Part shown: positions 10,075 to 19,638 of the stretch, in pieces
Numbering within the stretch: the stretch's first letter is position 1
Layout: each line of letters starts with the position of its first letter
Assembly: GCA_030765205.1 (NCBI GenBank)
Contig: JAVCDB010000008.1
Location: 1-54,197, forward strand
DNA length: 54,197 nucleotides
From: Candidatus Aadella gelida
GTDB taxonomy: Bacteria; Omnitrophota; Gorgyraeia; Tantalellales; Tantalellaceae
Direction of reading: 5' to 3'
Translations under genes and position numbers: made by a program
Notes under the pieces: generated by a model
The model's database searches: none
The model's input: the letters and a program-made list of their open reading frames with translations, nothing else
Told to the model about the DNA's origin: nothing

Positions 10075-11859
10075 TTAGTCCAAGGACGGGACGGCACTTT
10101 TATCTCTTAACCACACCGTCATAAGATCAAGTATATCCTTATCAATATTGTACTTTCGCGAGTCCTCTCCCTCTCCGCTCCCATTCATGTATTTCCCGGC
10201 AGTTCTAACCTCCGCAATCTTGATGTTCTCCCCTTTTTCTTTGCTGATTCTCTTTATCTCCTCACCGGCCCTCACATCAAAACCTTGATCATCTCTACCG
10301 TATATAAGGAGAAGTGGTTTATTGTACGCCATAATAGTCTCATATGGCCTTCGCATTAGAATACCCCTGTACCCGCTTGAAGGTAACCGGATCCCCCTAA
10401 AAAAGACATTTTTTTCTTCCGATACCAAGATCTCTTCCCTATATTTTCCTACCTGATTAGCTCTAGACGTCATAAAACTCTGTTCGAATGGTCCCAAACC
10501 GTACCCTGAAAGTATACGTTCAAGGTCCTTTTTTTCGGGTTTTAGCGGACTATCTGTACCCTCTGGTATACCCAGTATGATGCAAGATACAACTGAAGGA
10601 TCGTCTTGTGATGCTTTTAGCGCCAAGTAACCTCCTCCTCTATACCCTATCAGGCTGATGTTTCCCTTGTTCACTCCGGGATATTTTTCAAGATACGAAA
10701 TAGCTGCTTTAATGTTGCTCGAGACAGTTTCATCATCCGTATCCGCAATATTTCCCTGACTTCTCCCTTGCCCGGGAGGGTCAAAAGAGAGAACAAAAAA
10801 ACCGGCTGCGGCAAGTTCGCGTCCGGTATTGTCTATTAAGGCTTGCTCTCCACGGGTAACGGGAGTATTAGTTGGAACAAAGATCACGCCCGGAGATAAT
10901 TCTTCATCGGAAGGTGACCAGACCTTGCCCGCAAGTACGCGGTTCTCGCTTTTAAAAAAGATCTCTTTTACTTCTACCGTGTTTTCCTTCTCATTGTTTA
11001 TAGTATTTTCTTCTGGAGTTTTCGGAATATCTTCGCCATTCTCCTCCACGGAACTTTCCTTACCTACTAGCTTTCTAAAAACTCTTTTAACCTCATCCAT
11101 GAGAATGCCAATATCACTAAACAGCACTTCGGGATATTTGGTCAATATCATCCTGGTCTTCGCCGAGGTCACTTCAATCTCGAGTATTTCATGCGAATAT
11201 TTCGACAGTGTCAAGAGTACTTCAGGAATACCTGTGGATTTCAAAGCAAAAACTTCCGCTTCGATCTTACGTCCCCCTATAGATACATAAACATCATTCT
11301 CGTACTTCATTTCTATTTTGTCACGCATCGGAGGAATCGGTTCACCTATTGGTATCATGACCTCAAAGAACTGCGACCCTTTTTTCCAAAAATTATATTT
11401 ATCCACTATAGGCATGCATAGCATCGCGCTATACGGTGAGAATACCATAGTCTTTCTACCGGTTTTGAGCTCCTTAAAAAACATAACACGGGGATACTCC
11501 GAGAATAAAAAATCGGTTACCTCTCCGTTTTGGAACAGCCATGTTGATCTTTTTCTACCCTTAACCCCTTGAATCTCTTCTAAAAACTTTTGGGGCGTCA
11601 TGGTTCTTCTCTTTAAATACATTTTCTCGTCTGTAACTGAATATTCGAGCGACCCCGGATACTCCGCATGAGATTTGTATATCACTTTATCTTCCGTGAT
11701 AAACCTGTCTATCCTAACGGTCCCCGTCTTCTCTCCGTCCCTGTATGCATCGAACGAAAATGTCCTGCGTCCATTGAAATCTACATAGATAAACGCAGAC
11801 ACAAAAAGGATTATGATTATCAAAAACGACAACATTACTATTGCAGTAAATCTTTTCAT
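10075..11859 (-). CDS. Membrane-anchored protein: N-terminal beta-rich domain plus degenerate alpha/beta-hydrolase domain
   Basis: N-terminal TM; [19 protein letters not shown] elbow, [10 protein letters not shown] typical of OsmC/S9-like hydrolase fold; catalytic Ser absent. Confidence 0.7.
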   Translation of the reverse strand: MKRFTAIVMLSFLIIIILFVSAFIYVDFNGRRTFSFDAYRDGEKTGTVRIDRFITEDKVIYKSHAEYPGSLEYSVTDEKMYLKRRTMTPQKFLEEIQGVKGRKRSTWLFQNGEVTDFLFSEYPRVMFFKELKTGRKTMVFSPYSAMLCMPIVDKYNFWKKGSQFFEVMIPIGEPIPPMRDKIEMKYENDVYVSIGGRKIEAEVFALKSTGIPEVLLTLSKYSHEILEIEVTSAKTRMILTKYPEVLFSDIGILMDEVKRVFRKLVGKESSVEENGEDIPKTPEENTINNEKENTVEVKEIFFKSENRVLAGKVWSPSDEELSPGVIFVPTNTPVTRGEQALIDNTGRELAAAGFFVLSFDPPGQGRSQGNIADTDDETVSSNIKAAISYLEKYPGVNKGNISLIGYRGGGYLALKASQDDPSVVSCIILGIPEGTDSPLKPEKKDLERILSGYGLGPFEQSFMTSRANQVGKYREEILVSEEKNVFFRGIRLPSSGYRGILMRRPYETIMAYNKPLLLIYGRDDQGFDVRAGEEIKRISKEKGENIKIAEVRTAGKYMNGSGEGEDSRKYNIDKDILDLMTVWLRDKSAVPSLD

Positions 11860-12425
11860 GATACCAACATCCCTGCTACAGAAAGATTAAGTTCGAGTGA
11901 CCCTTTTGCGCCCTCTTTAGCAAACTCGCTCTTTAATGAAAGCTTTCTTTTAACATCCTGCGGACAATTTTTCAGCAAATGTCCAAAATTCATTTCTTCC
12001 CCCGGCATTAATATCTTTTCGGGGTACACTACTGCCGAAGGATTCATTCCAGACTCATCCGATCCGCCTCCCAGGGGATTCACCCATTCTTTATAAGCAA
12101 CTGTCCCGTCAGGTTTTATGAGAGATACTTCTATCAGGATCGAAGTTATTTTTTTTCCGGAATTATTCTTTATAGTTCCCTGAAGTAATGGCACTACACC
12201 TATACCCGAAGTCTTGTCTGTTTTGATGCTTACGTTTGACAGAACTATATCGTTCTTGAACACTTCAGCAGTAAGCTTATATATAGAACTGCGATATTTC
12301 AGGGCCAGGGTATCTTGTTTCCATTGTAGATACAGATGATATCCCACCAAAGTCGAGATAAATACGATCGCGATTATGGACGACGAAAAAATAATAACTG
12401 ATATATGTTTTTTCTTAAGGAACAC
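11856..12425 (-). CDS. Membrane-anchored hypothetical protein (FxLYD-like Ig-fold domain)
   Basis: N-terminal TM; LQGTIKNNSGKKITSILIEVSL...LMPGEEMNF pattern; overlaps next gene (ATGA). Confidence 0.6.
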   Translation of the reverse strand: MFLKKKHISVIIFSSSIIAIVFISTLVGYHLYLQWKQDTLALKYRSSIYKLTAEVFKNDIVLSNVSIKTDKTSGIGVVPLLQGTIKNNSGKKITSILIEVSLIKPDGTVAYKEWVNPLGGGSDESGMNPSAVVYPEKILMPGEEMNFGHLLKNCPQDVKRKLSLKSEFAKEGAKGSLELNLSVAGMLVS

Positions 12426-12428
12426 AAT

Positions 12429-12965
12429 TTATCCTTTATTTTTACTTCTTGTCTGTTTCATGTACATTTCTCTCACTTCTTCAAAATATTCTCTCATTTC
12501 TTGGGACGCATAATCCGGATATGTCCATGGCCACGCCTTAAACTCACCGTCACAAAAATTTAGTGTTGATTCCGCAAAAATGCGCTTTCCTATGTATACC
12601 CTATGCGTATAATCTTTAGTGGTCAAAAGAACTAGCTTAGCCTCGGTAACATATCCTGGATCGATGTTAATAGTTCTTTTTTCTTTTTTCCTAAAAAAGT
12701 TTTCCAGTTTGTTAGTCCGTATCTTTATTTTTGAGATATTCTCTTTATTCACCAACTTTTTAAAACATATCAGTTCCCGTTTAAGCGGACTGCCCATTTC
12801 TTCGGCATAATAATCAGTATAATCGAACGGTAACTCTTTTTTCAGAGTTTCCATATTGCCATAGATCCTCGAAAGTCTTCTTTCGGCTTTTGCCCTGATA
12901 TCTTCAGACCGGTATATCATGCTTACAATAAGCTTAACTTTTTTCTGTTCGAAAATTTTACCCAT
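12429..12965 (-). CDS. DUF4416 family protein
   Basis: FDYTDYYAEEMG, RTINIDPGY, KDYTHRVY, WTYPDY motifs. Confidence 0.85.
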   Translation of the reverse strand: MGKIFEQKKVKLIVSMIYRSEDIRAKAERRLSRIYGNMETLKKELPFDYTDYYAEEMGSPLKRELICFKKLVNKENISKIKIRTNKLENFFRKKEKRTINIDPGYVTEAKLVLLTTKDYTHRVYIGKRIFAESTLNFCDGEFKAWPWTYPDYASQEMREYFEEVREMYMKQTRSKNKG

Positions 12966-12977
12966 AATAGCCTTGCA

Positions 12978-13075
12978 GTGACTCGTGATTCGTGACTCGA
13001 AAACAATGAACAGTTGACCATAGTCAATAGTCTAATAACGTCCCTCTTCTTTCTCCCTTCTTCCTTCTGATCTCT
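12978..13075. repeat. 7-nt phased modular array
   Basis: 14 consecutive heptamers GTGACTC GTGATTC GTGACTC ... ATAGTCA ATAGTCT ... TCCCTCT TCTTTCT CCCTTCT TCCTTCT GATCTCT. Confidence 0.85.
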
Positions 13076-13080
13076 GAAAA

Positions 13081-13497
13081 CTATTCACCTATGATCTGCA
13101 CTACTAGTTCCCGCCCACGCGGACGAGTATCAAAATCACAAAACACTATCTGTTGCCATGTTCCCAGCGTAAGTTCCCCGTCCACAAAAGGAACTGTAAC
13201 AGACGGACCCATAATTGTCGCTCTCACATGTGACGCACCGTTATCATCGTGCCATGTCATACTATGCCGGTAAACTTTATCATAAGAAGCAAAAATATCC
13301 AATGCTTCCTTTACATCTTTTACCAGATTTGGTTCATATTCTATGGTGGTCAGAGATCCCGTGGACCCGGGATTGAAAACGGTAATAATACCTGACTTCA
13401 TGCCCGACTTTTCCAAAATATCCCGGCAATTCGTCGTTATATCAATTATATCGGTATTTCCTGCGGATTGGACCGCAAGATATTCGGTAACAACCAT
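13081..13497 (-). CDS. yjbQ: YjbQ / UPF0047 family protein
   Basis: NGASHVRATIMG, LGTWQQIVFCDFD motifs. Confidence 0.9.
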   Translation of the reverse strand: MVVTEYLAVQSAGNTDIIDITTNCRDILEKSGMKSGIITVFNPGSTGSLTTIEYEPNLVKDVKEALDIFASYDKVYRHSMTWHDDNGASHVRATIMGPSVTVPFVDGELTLGTWQQIVFCDFDTRPRGRELVVQIIGE

Positions 13498-13511
13498 ATT
13501 ATGCGAGAAAG

Positions 13512-13874
13512 TTAATTGTCCCTGCTATTAATGTATTTTATCAAACGATCTCTTTCTCTTGGGAGAAGTGTGTTAAAAAATATTGCGACATCATAATGCA
13601 AGATCTTGTTCCCTTTTTTAACAGGATGTTCTCTGACAACCACCCCGTCAAGATTCATGGAAACAGGAGCAGAGCCTTTCTTGATGCCCGGAAGAGAAAG
13701 TACTAACTGTACCTGTGTCATAAGGGGTATTCTTTTAGCTACTTTGCAGTAAAGACCTGACGCACTTACGTCGAGACTCTGAGTTATCGTATCACAACCG
13801 TCGGCCGATAATTTGATAGCTATTCTATCATCTTTTATTCTTGGATATCTTCTTCTTTCGGCGCCTTTTTTCAT
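13512..13874 (-). CDS. PilZ domain protein
   Basis: ERRRYPR (RxxxR) and DVSASG (DxSxxG); ATG 13874 with GGAG SD preferred. Confidence 0.85.
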   Translation of the reverse strand: MKKGAERRRYPRIKDDRIAIKLSADGCDTITQSLDVSASGLYCKVAKRIPLMTQVQLVLSLPGIKKGSAPVSMNLDGVVVREHPVKKGNKILHYDVAIFFNTLLPRERDRLIKYINSRDN

Positions 13875-13923
13875 AAGTTCTCCAATCTTTTTCTTTCTTA
13901 AATGTGTCGCTTCTCTGCAGCAT

Positions 13924-14271
13924 TTATCCGGGAGGCCATGTAAAACTTCTCCCCCCCATAAGATGCGCATGCATATGAAATACTTCCTGACCAGCGTTCT
14001 TATTACAATTTACAACTAAACGGTATCCTTCCTTATCGATCTTCTCTTTTTTAGCTATATCCCTAGCTACGGAAAACAATTTACCCGCAATAGCTTCGTT
14101 CTTCTCGCTAAGATCGTTGACCGTAGGTATATGTTCCTTCGGGATAATAAGAACATGTACCGGGGCTTGTGGATCAAGATCTCTGAACGCTAATATCTCG
14201 TCGTCCTCGTACACAACCGATGCCGCAATATCTTTACTTGCTATCTTACAGAAAATACAGTTCTCTTTCAT
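13924..14271 (-). CDS. hinT: Histidine triad nucleotide-binding protein
   Basis: CIFCKI, PQAPVHVLIIPK, GQEVFHMHAH, WPPG C-terminus. Confidence 0.95.
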   Translation of the reverse strand: MKENCIFCKIASKDIAASVVYEDDEILAFRDLDPQAPVHVLIIPKEHIPTVNDLSEKNEAIAGKLFSVARDIAKKEKIDKEGYRLVVNCNKNAGQEVFHMHAHLMGGRSFTWPPG

Positions 14272-14318
14272 ATAACTTTTCTCTTTCAGATAGGACTAAA
14301 GGCACGGAATGGATTTTG

Positions 14319-14756
14319 CTACCAATACATTTTCTCAAACCGTTCAGAATATCTCTTTATCCATTCTTGAGAAGCTTCTTTTAAGGATACATCCTTTCCA
14401 TCCTGGAGAGAACGCAGCACACGATATTCCTCTATGAGATAGATCTGCTCTATTAATTTGACCTTGAACGCATCAGCATAAGTCTCGAAAGAAACTCCAA
14501 TCTTGTATAACCCCGCAGACTCGTCTTTCGCAGAGTGGACAACCTTGGCTTTAATGTTGAAGACTTTGTCATATACGGGCATTTTTATAAGTATGAGGGT
14601 TTCGGCAGCAACATCCGTTTTGGACATAAACATCAACCCGCCTTCACTCACATCGACAGTTTCACTTTTCTCAAAATCTTCTTTCTCAGTTATCTGGAAC
14701 TCCAAAGGATTTACAAGAAGATGCCTAATGAACCGTCTTTTTTCGTGATGAGACAT
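14319..14756 (-). CDS. PilZ domain protein with helical C-terminal extension
   Basis: EKRRFIRH and DVSEGG; ATG 14756 with GGAGG SD preferred. Confidence 0.85.
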   Translation of the reverse strand: MSHHEKRRFIRHLLVNPLEFQITEKEDFEKSETVDVSEGGLMFMSKTDVAAETLILIKMPVYDKVFNIKAKVVHSAKDESAGLYKIGVSFETYADAFKVKLIEQIYLIEEYRVLRSLQDGKDVSLKEASQEWIKRYSERFEKMYW

Positions 14757-14845
14757 ATATCCCTCCGTAGGATTTAGTATATCATACAATACCCGAACAT
14801 AAGATCGGGAAAATCTTATTCGTCATGCTGCATATCGCCCGTCAA

Positions 14846-15082
14846 TCACAACAGGTTGCCTTCTTTAAGATCATTTTCCAGTTTTTCCAAAGCCTTCTTG
14901 AGTTCAGGAAAAAGCTTAACATTTATGTTCACACCTTTACCCGTAGGAACTTTATCGTCGCCCTGCGGAGGTTGTGTCCATATACGAATATCAATAACAT
15001 CATTACCTTGATATTCGGACAGACGAACCTTAACATCCTGATACTTGTTTTTAGCGAATACCGCTACATCCTTTTCCATCAT
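14846..15082 (-). CDS. PC4/YdbC-like single-stranded nucleic acid-binding protein
   Basis: VRLSEYQG..IDIRIW...PTGKGVNI PC4 signature. Confidence 0.85.
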   Translation of the reverse strand: MMEKDVAVFAKNKYQDVKVRLSEYQGNDVIDIRIWTQPPQGDDKVPTGKGVNINVKLFPELKKALEKLENDLKEGNLL

Positions 15083-15280
15083 GTCTCCTTTTTTTCCTAA
15101 TTAACGGACATAGGTCTTTCTTCCTATATATAATTAAGTATAAATATTATACCACAATGTAGGGTTTTTCAATAAAAAATCAGTCTATCTTTTTCTTTTT
15201 TAATATACGAACAAAACAGGCTATCGCCAGGCCGATTATCATAACCCACGAAACTGTCATAAATATCCATCCTAATAATG

Positions 15281-16843
15281 TCATATCTCTCTACCTTCTT
15301 CCCTTCGTTTCTTCCAAGCAACTTTGACCATTACAGCCAAGATCAAGAATATTAGACACAATCCAACACGTGTAGCCATTATATAGGGACGATCAACACT
15401 CGAAACATTATCCATACGTATTATAGGCAGCCATTCCTGAAAGAACCATGCTCCAAGAACTATAATAAGGAATGAAGGAGTTACATACTTGATTATGTAC
15501 TTGTAGATTCCGGGTATTTTCATATCCGCCCCGTGATGTACTTCTTCCCATGCTCGGTTAATTTTGAATATCCATCCAAACAATATTACTTCAAATGTAG
15601 CGAAAAGCACGAGACAGAACGTACCTCCCCAAAAATCCAGTTCATCGACTACTCCTCTGCCGATAAAAAATATAGCCGCGTTACATAAGAGGAACATTGC
15701 TCCTCCCAATATAAGTACAGACTGTTTTCGTGATAATTTAAATTCGTCTTCCAAAAATGCTACCGCAGGTTGTGCCATAGAAACCGATGACGTAACACCC
15801 GCGAGGAATAATAATCCGAACCACAGAAATCCCATAAGCTCCGGAAGAGGCAGTTTCCCTAAGATGAGCGGCATAGTAACAAAACCGAGATTGAATGCGC
15901 CTGACGCGGCTATATCGCCTATGGCCATGGGCCCAAAAAAAACAAAAGCCGCGGGAATGATTATACTCGCCCCAAGAACCACCTCGGCTATTTCGTTCAT
16001 GCTGACCGCGGTGAGTCCTGATAGCGCCACGTCATCACCTCTTTTAAGATAGCTCGCGTATGTCAGAATGACCCCCATACCTACACTAAGAGTGAAAAAT
16101 ATCTGTCCCGTCGCGGCTAACCACACTTTAGCATTCCTGAGCTGTGAAAAATCCGGGTTCCATAAATACCCTAGCCCGTTGACTATGTTCCAATCGGGAT
16201 TCATCTTTACAGGAGCGCCCAGAGTGAGAACGCGTACTGCTAGTATTATCGCGAAAATAAAAAGCGTAGGTATAGCAAACTTGCAGAATTTCTCTATCCC
16301 TCCCCTGATACCATGGTTAAGGACGATCATATTCACTATAAACGTTATTAGGAAAAATGTGTATGCGATGATAATACTGGAAAAATATTGATTCTTTTCA
16401 AGCCCCTGAAAACCTCGCAAGAAAGCTTGCATAGAAACTTGATCTGTAATACCTGTGAATTTTTGGCTAAGAGCGAAAAAGCTGTAGGCAAGAGTCCATG
16501 ACTCGATATATGTGTAGTAGACCATTATGACAAGAGGCCCGAAGATACCTACTATTCCGAAATATTTTATGAACCTATTCTTCTTCCATAGGTTCTGAAA
16601 AACCCCGGGTGCTGTGGAGTGACCAAACCCTCCTCCGTAGCGTCCTATGGACCACTCGACCCACATAAGAGGTATCCCGACAACAAGAAGTGCCACAAAA
16701 TACGGGACCATGAACGCGCCACCGCCGTTTTTGGCCGCCTGGACCGGAAATCTAAGAAAGTTACCCAACCCTACGGCCGATCCGGCAACTGCCATGATCA
16801 TGCCCATACGCGAACCCCAGCTATCACGTATTTTTTTTCCCAT
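15281..16843 (-). CDS. NSS family sodium-dependent transporter (LeuT-like amino acid transporter)
   Basis: GSAVGLGNFLRFPVQAA.NGGGAF, GQIFFTLSVG, AGVTSS; about 12 TM. Confidence 0.93.
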   Translation of the reverse strand: MGKKIRDSWGSRMGMIMAVAGSAVGLGNFLRFPVQAAKNGGGAFMVPYFVALLVVGIPLMWVEWSIGRYGGGFGHSTAPGVFQNLWKKNRFIKYFGIVGIFGPLVIMVYYTYIESWTLAYSFFALSQKFTGITDQVSMQAFLRGFQGLEKNQYFSSIIIAYTFFLITFIVNMIVLNHGIRGGIEKFCKFAIPTLFIFAIILAVRVLTLGAPVKMNPDWNIVNGLGYLWNPDFSQLRNAKVWLAATGQIFFTLSVGMGVILTYASYLKRGDDVALSGLTAVSMNEIAEVVLGASIIIPAAFVFFGPMAIGDIAASGAFNLGFVTMPLILGKLPLPELMGFLWFGLLFLAGVTSSVSMAQPAVAFLEDEFKLSRKQSVLILGGAMFLLCNAAIFFIGRGVVDELDFWGGTFCLVLFATFEVILFGWIFKINRAWEEVHHGADMKIPGIYKYIIKYVTPSFLIIVLGAWFFQEWLPIIRMDNVSSVDRPYIMATRVGLCLIFLILAVMVKVAWKKRREEGREI

Positions 16844-16864
16844 ACGGTACCTATAAAATAAAAA

Positions 16865-16885
16865 CTACAAACTATGAATTACCAA
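16865..16885. repeat. Short heptamer array
   Basis: CTACAAA CTATGAA TTACCAA, same unit order as 1174-1201. Confidence 0.55.
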
Positions 16886-16903
16886 TTGTTAGATTTTTTG
16901 AGA

Positions 16904-17311
16904 TTATTCCGACGGGTCGACCTTTTTTCGTAGTTTTTTTATATTAGACTGTTTTTTCTTCGCCTCTAAAACCTTTTCTTTTGCTCTTTTGGATCGTTTT
17001 CGTTTCTGCCTGCGTATTTTTTCAGCTTTTTTTACTTTTTCTGCGGCTTTACCTAGAATCTGTTTTTCGATTTTATCAATTAAAATTCGTCTGGCAAGGA
17101 ATCTATTAAGAACCTGGGACCTTTCCCTACCGCATTTGCACTCCGTTCCGGTAGGTAGGTGTCTGATATGAACGCATGTGGACACTTTGTTAACATGTTG
17201 TCCTCCGCTTCCCGAAGATCTGATGAATCTCTCTCTAAGATCAGATTCGTCAATTCCGAGCTCTTTCATCTTAATTCTAAGAGCTTTTTCTTTCGCAGAA
17301 GATACAGGCAT
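16904..17311 (-). CDS. Codon-independent peptide release factor (ArfB/mtRF-R-like)
   Basis: RSSGSGGQHVNK GGQ motif, RSQ..NR, long basic C-terminal tail; no codon-recognition domains. Confidence 0.9.
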   Translation of the reverse strand: MPVSSAKEKALRIKMKELGIDESDLRERFIRSSGSGGQHVNKVSTCVHIRHLPTGTECKCGRERSQVLNRFLARRILIDKIEKQILGKAAEKVKKAEKIRRQKRKRSKRAKEKVLEAKKKQSNIKKLRKKVDPSE

Positions 17312-17320
17312 ATGAGGGCT

Positions 17321-18268
17321 TTACCTATTATAACAAGCATCGATAAGATCTTCTAAACGTGCTGTAGCAAGACATTGAACCGTATCGGCTCCACCATAAT
17401 ATATTTTCACTTCATTATTCGGCTCTAGAACTGCTCCGCAAGTAAAAACAACGGCATAAGTCAACCCGGTAAGTTCATAATCCATAACCGGTGAAAGTAT
17501 CGGAGCCTTGGCACGCGCGATTATCTTTGAAGGATCGTCCTTATCCAGCATCATCACGCCTAAATGATAAACATATTGAGCCGCACACTGTACATTAACG
17601 GCATGATATATTACCAACCAACCTTTATCTGTTTTAATCGGCACCGCTCCGGGACCATTTTTCTTCCATCCCCATTCGTCTTGCGTCTGCGCAACTGCTC
17701 TTGAGCCTCCCCAATGTATAAGATCCGGAGAATATGAAACCCACATGTATCCATGTCCGTCACCGGTGTTGGGCCTGTCAAGTCGGCAATACATACCATT
17801 AATCTTTTCAGGGAACAGCAGCCCGTTCCTGTTATCCGTCTCCGAGATAAATCCTTTCCACTTAAACTCTTTCATGTCGGGCGATTCCAAAAGACCTAAT
17901 CTGCAGGAATGACCGCTGTGACAAGCAAAAACAACATAATATGTGTCGCCTATAAGGGTAACTCGTGGGTCATAATACATCCCGGCGGTATATTCTTTAA
18001 ACTCTTCTGTATCCGGCATTTTGATGGGTTCCGGTCGAAGTGTAAAATTTATACCATCGTTGGAATCAGCCGGCCACATAAGCTGTTTCATTGAAGGTGT
18101 CTCCACCCTGCATAACATTACATACTTTCCGTCCAGAGTTTTTATGCACCCTGAATTATAAACCCCTTTAGCAGCTCCAGGTATATCTTCCTTTATCAAT
18201 ATTGGGTTTTTTGCGTACCGTACAACTATATTTTCTTTTTCCTTGGAATAAACTATTGGTTGTGACAT
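17321..18268 (-). CDS. Glycoside hydrolase family 130 (beta-mannoside phosphorylase-like)
   Basis: NPIL, YNSG, YDPRV, NRNGLLFPEKING, LDRP, IYHAV, VVFTCG, YYGGAD. Confidence 0.9.
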   Translation of the reverse strand: MSQPIVYSKEKENIVVRYAKNPILIKEDIPGAAKGVYNSGCIKTLDGKYVMLCRVETPSMKQLMWPADSNDGINFTLRPEPIKMPDTEEFKEYTAGMYYDPRVTLIGDTYYVVFACHSGHSCRLGLLESPDMKEFKWKGFISETDNRNGLLFPEKINGMYCRLDRPNTGDGHGYMWVSYSPDLIHWGGSRAVAQTQDEWGWKKNGPGAVPIKTDKGWLVIYHAVNVQCAAQYVYHLGVMMLDKDDPSKIIARAKAPILSPVMDYELTGLTYAVVFTCGAVLEPNNEVKIYYGGADTVQCLATARLEDLIDACYNR

Positions 18269-18386
18269 TTTGTTCCTTTCTTTTTTTTAGTTAATATAAA
18301 CACATTAAAAATACTCAAACAGTATTTAGAAGCTTCTTTTTCCCAAATTCAAGTTATTTGAAAAAATGACGACCGGCCAAAAACTG

Positions 18387-19430
18387 TTACACTTCGAGAA
18401 CAGAATCGGCGGTACCGAAAACATTATGCTCGGAATTGACGTTATTTGGGTCGCTTATCCATTCGTTATCCACCAAAAATTTATAGCGGTACCTGCCCCT
18501 ATCCAAAGTAAAATGAGCCGCCCAGTCACCGCTTTCAAGTTTGGTCAACCGTGTCGCTTCTGATTTCTTCCATCCGTTAAAATCTCCCAGAACGTATACG
18601 GACCCGGCTTTGGGAGCATGGAGGGAAAATTCTTTTAGAGCCACCTTTATATCTTTATCTTTAGATTTTAAGAGTTCGCCTGTCAGGTTATAAAAATCTG
18701 AAGATGCGGAACTCTTAATATCATGTTCGAATATGGTCTTTCCTAGGCTAGCAGCTTCTCTTAATCTTACGCTTGCTCTTATTTTGGATGTTAGCAAATA
18801 TGGTCCCAGCCTTTTTTTTGCCTCTTCTTCCAGTTTTCTGGCAAATTTAGACCTCTTGTCAAAAATGTTCAGAACAAAAAATATCGAGGGATCCCTTCCA
18901 GTTTCATTTTTCAGAAGACTAGATACCCTGTATACACTATTTATACCGTTGAAGGAGAAATAACTAAGATCTATGGGAACCAGCATCATATCCGCCGCGT
19001 ACATTGAATTAAGGGTAAGAAATCCAAAACTTGGAGGCGAGTCTACCACAACATATTCGTATTTATTGAAATAAGGATCCGATAACGTCCGGTATAATAT
19101 GGCCGCTGCGCCGTTAACTCCGCCCAAATTTATTTCCGCGGCGCTAAGCATCATATTGGCAGGAATAAATGAAAGATGGTCCCTGTCGTTTATTACTATG
19201 TCTTCAAAGGACACTTCTGTTTTATCGAAACTAGCCCTAAAAATGTCGTATGAAGTCTTTCTTCCGGACGCTTTCTCGTTATATCCCAAAGCAAACGTCG
19301 CATGAGCCTGAGGATCAAGATCTATGAGAAGCGTTTGTTTCCCCATGTTCGCCAAAGTAGCCGCAACATTTACAGCTAAAGTAGTCTTACCGCAACCGCC
19401 TTTTTGATTAGCTATGGAAATTATCTTCAT
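18387..19430 (-). CDS. ParA/Soj family ATPase fused to C-terminal CBM48/AMPK-beta-like glycogen-binding domain
   Basis: NQKGGCGKTT deviant Walker A, DLDPQ, VVDSPP; C-terminal SVYVLGDFNGW...GRYRYKFLVDNEWISDPNN. Confidence 0.9.
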   Translation of the reverse strand: MKIISIANQKGGCGKTTLAVNVAATLANMGKQTLLIDLDPQAHATFALGYNEKASGRKTSYDIFRASFDKTEVSFEDIVINDRDHLSFIPANMMLSAAEINLGGVNGAAAILYRTLSDPYFNKYEYVVVDSPPSFGFLTLNSMYAADMMLVPIDLSYFSFNGINSVYRVSSLLKNETGRDPSIFFVLNIFDKRSKFARKLEEEAKKRLGPYLLTSKIRASVRLREAASLGKTIFEHDIKSSASSDFYNLTGELLKSKDKDIKVALKEFSLHAPKAGSVYVLGDFNGWKKSEATRLTKLESGDWAAHFTLDRGRYRYKFLVDNEWISDPNNVNSEHNVFGTADSVLEV

Positions 19431-19450
19431 ATACCCCCTCTTTTTTCTAG

Positions 19451-19479
19451 ATTATAGCATATAACTATTTTGACGTAAA
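19451..19479 (-). promoter_or_regulatory. sigma70-type promoter of the ParA-CBM48 gene
   Basis: TTTACG-N17-TATAAT with extended -10 TG; GAGGGGG SD follows. Confidence 0.55.
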
Positions 19480-19638
19480 TATAAATATCTACATATTTAA
19501 CATAGAATGTGCTCTTTTTGCCGGACTAAAATCGCGTATTTCCAGGTCAATTCTCTCCTCTTTTTGAAAGTTTTTTAGCCAAATTGACATTTCCACATTT
19601 TAGTTCTATTACGGTCCCTCTTATGATAAAATAACCTT

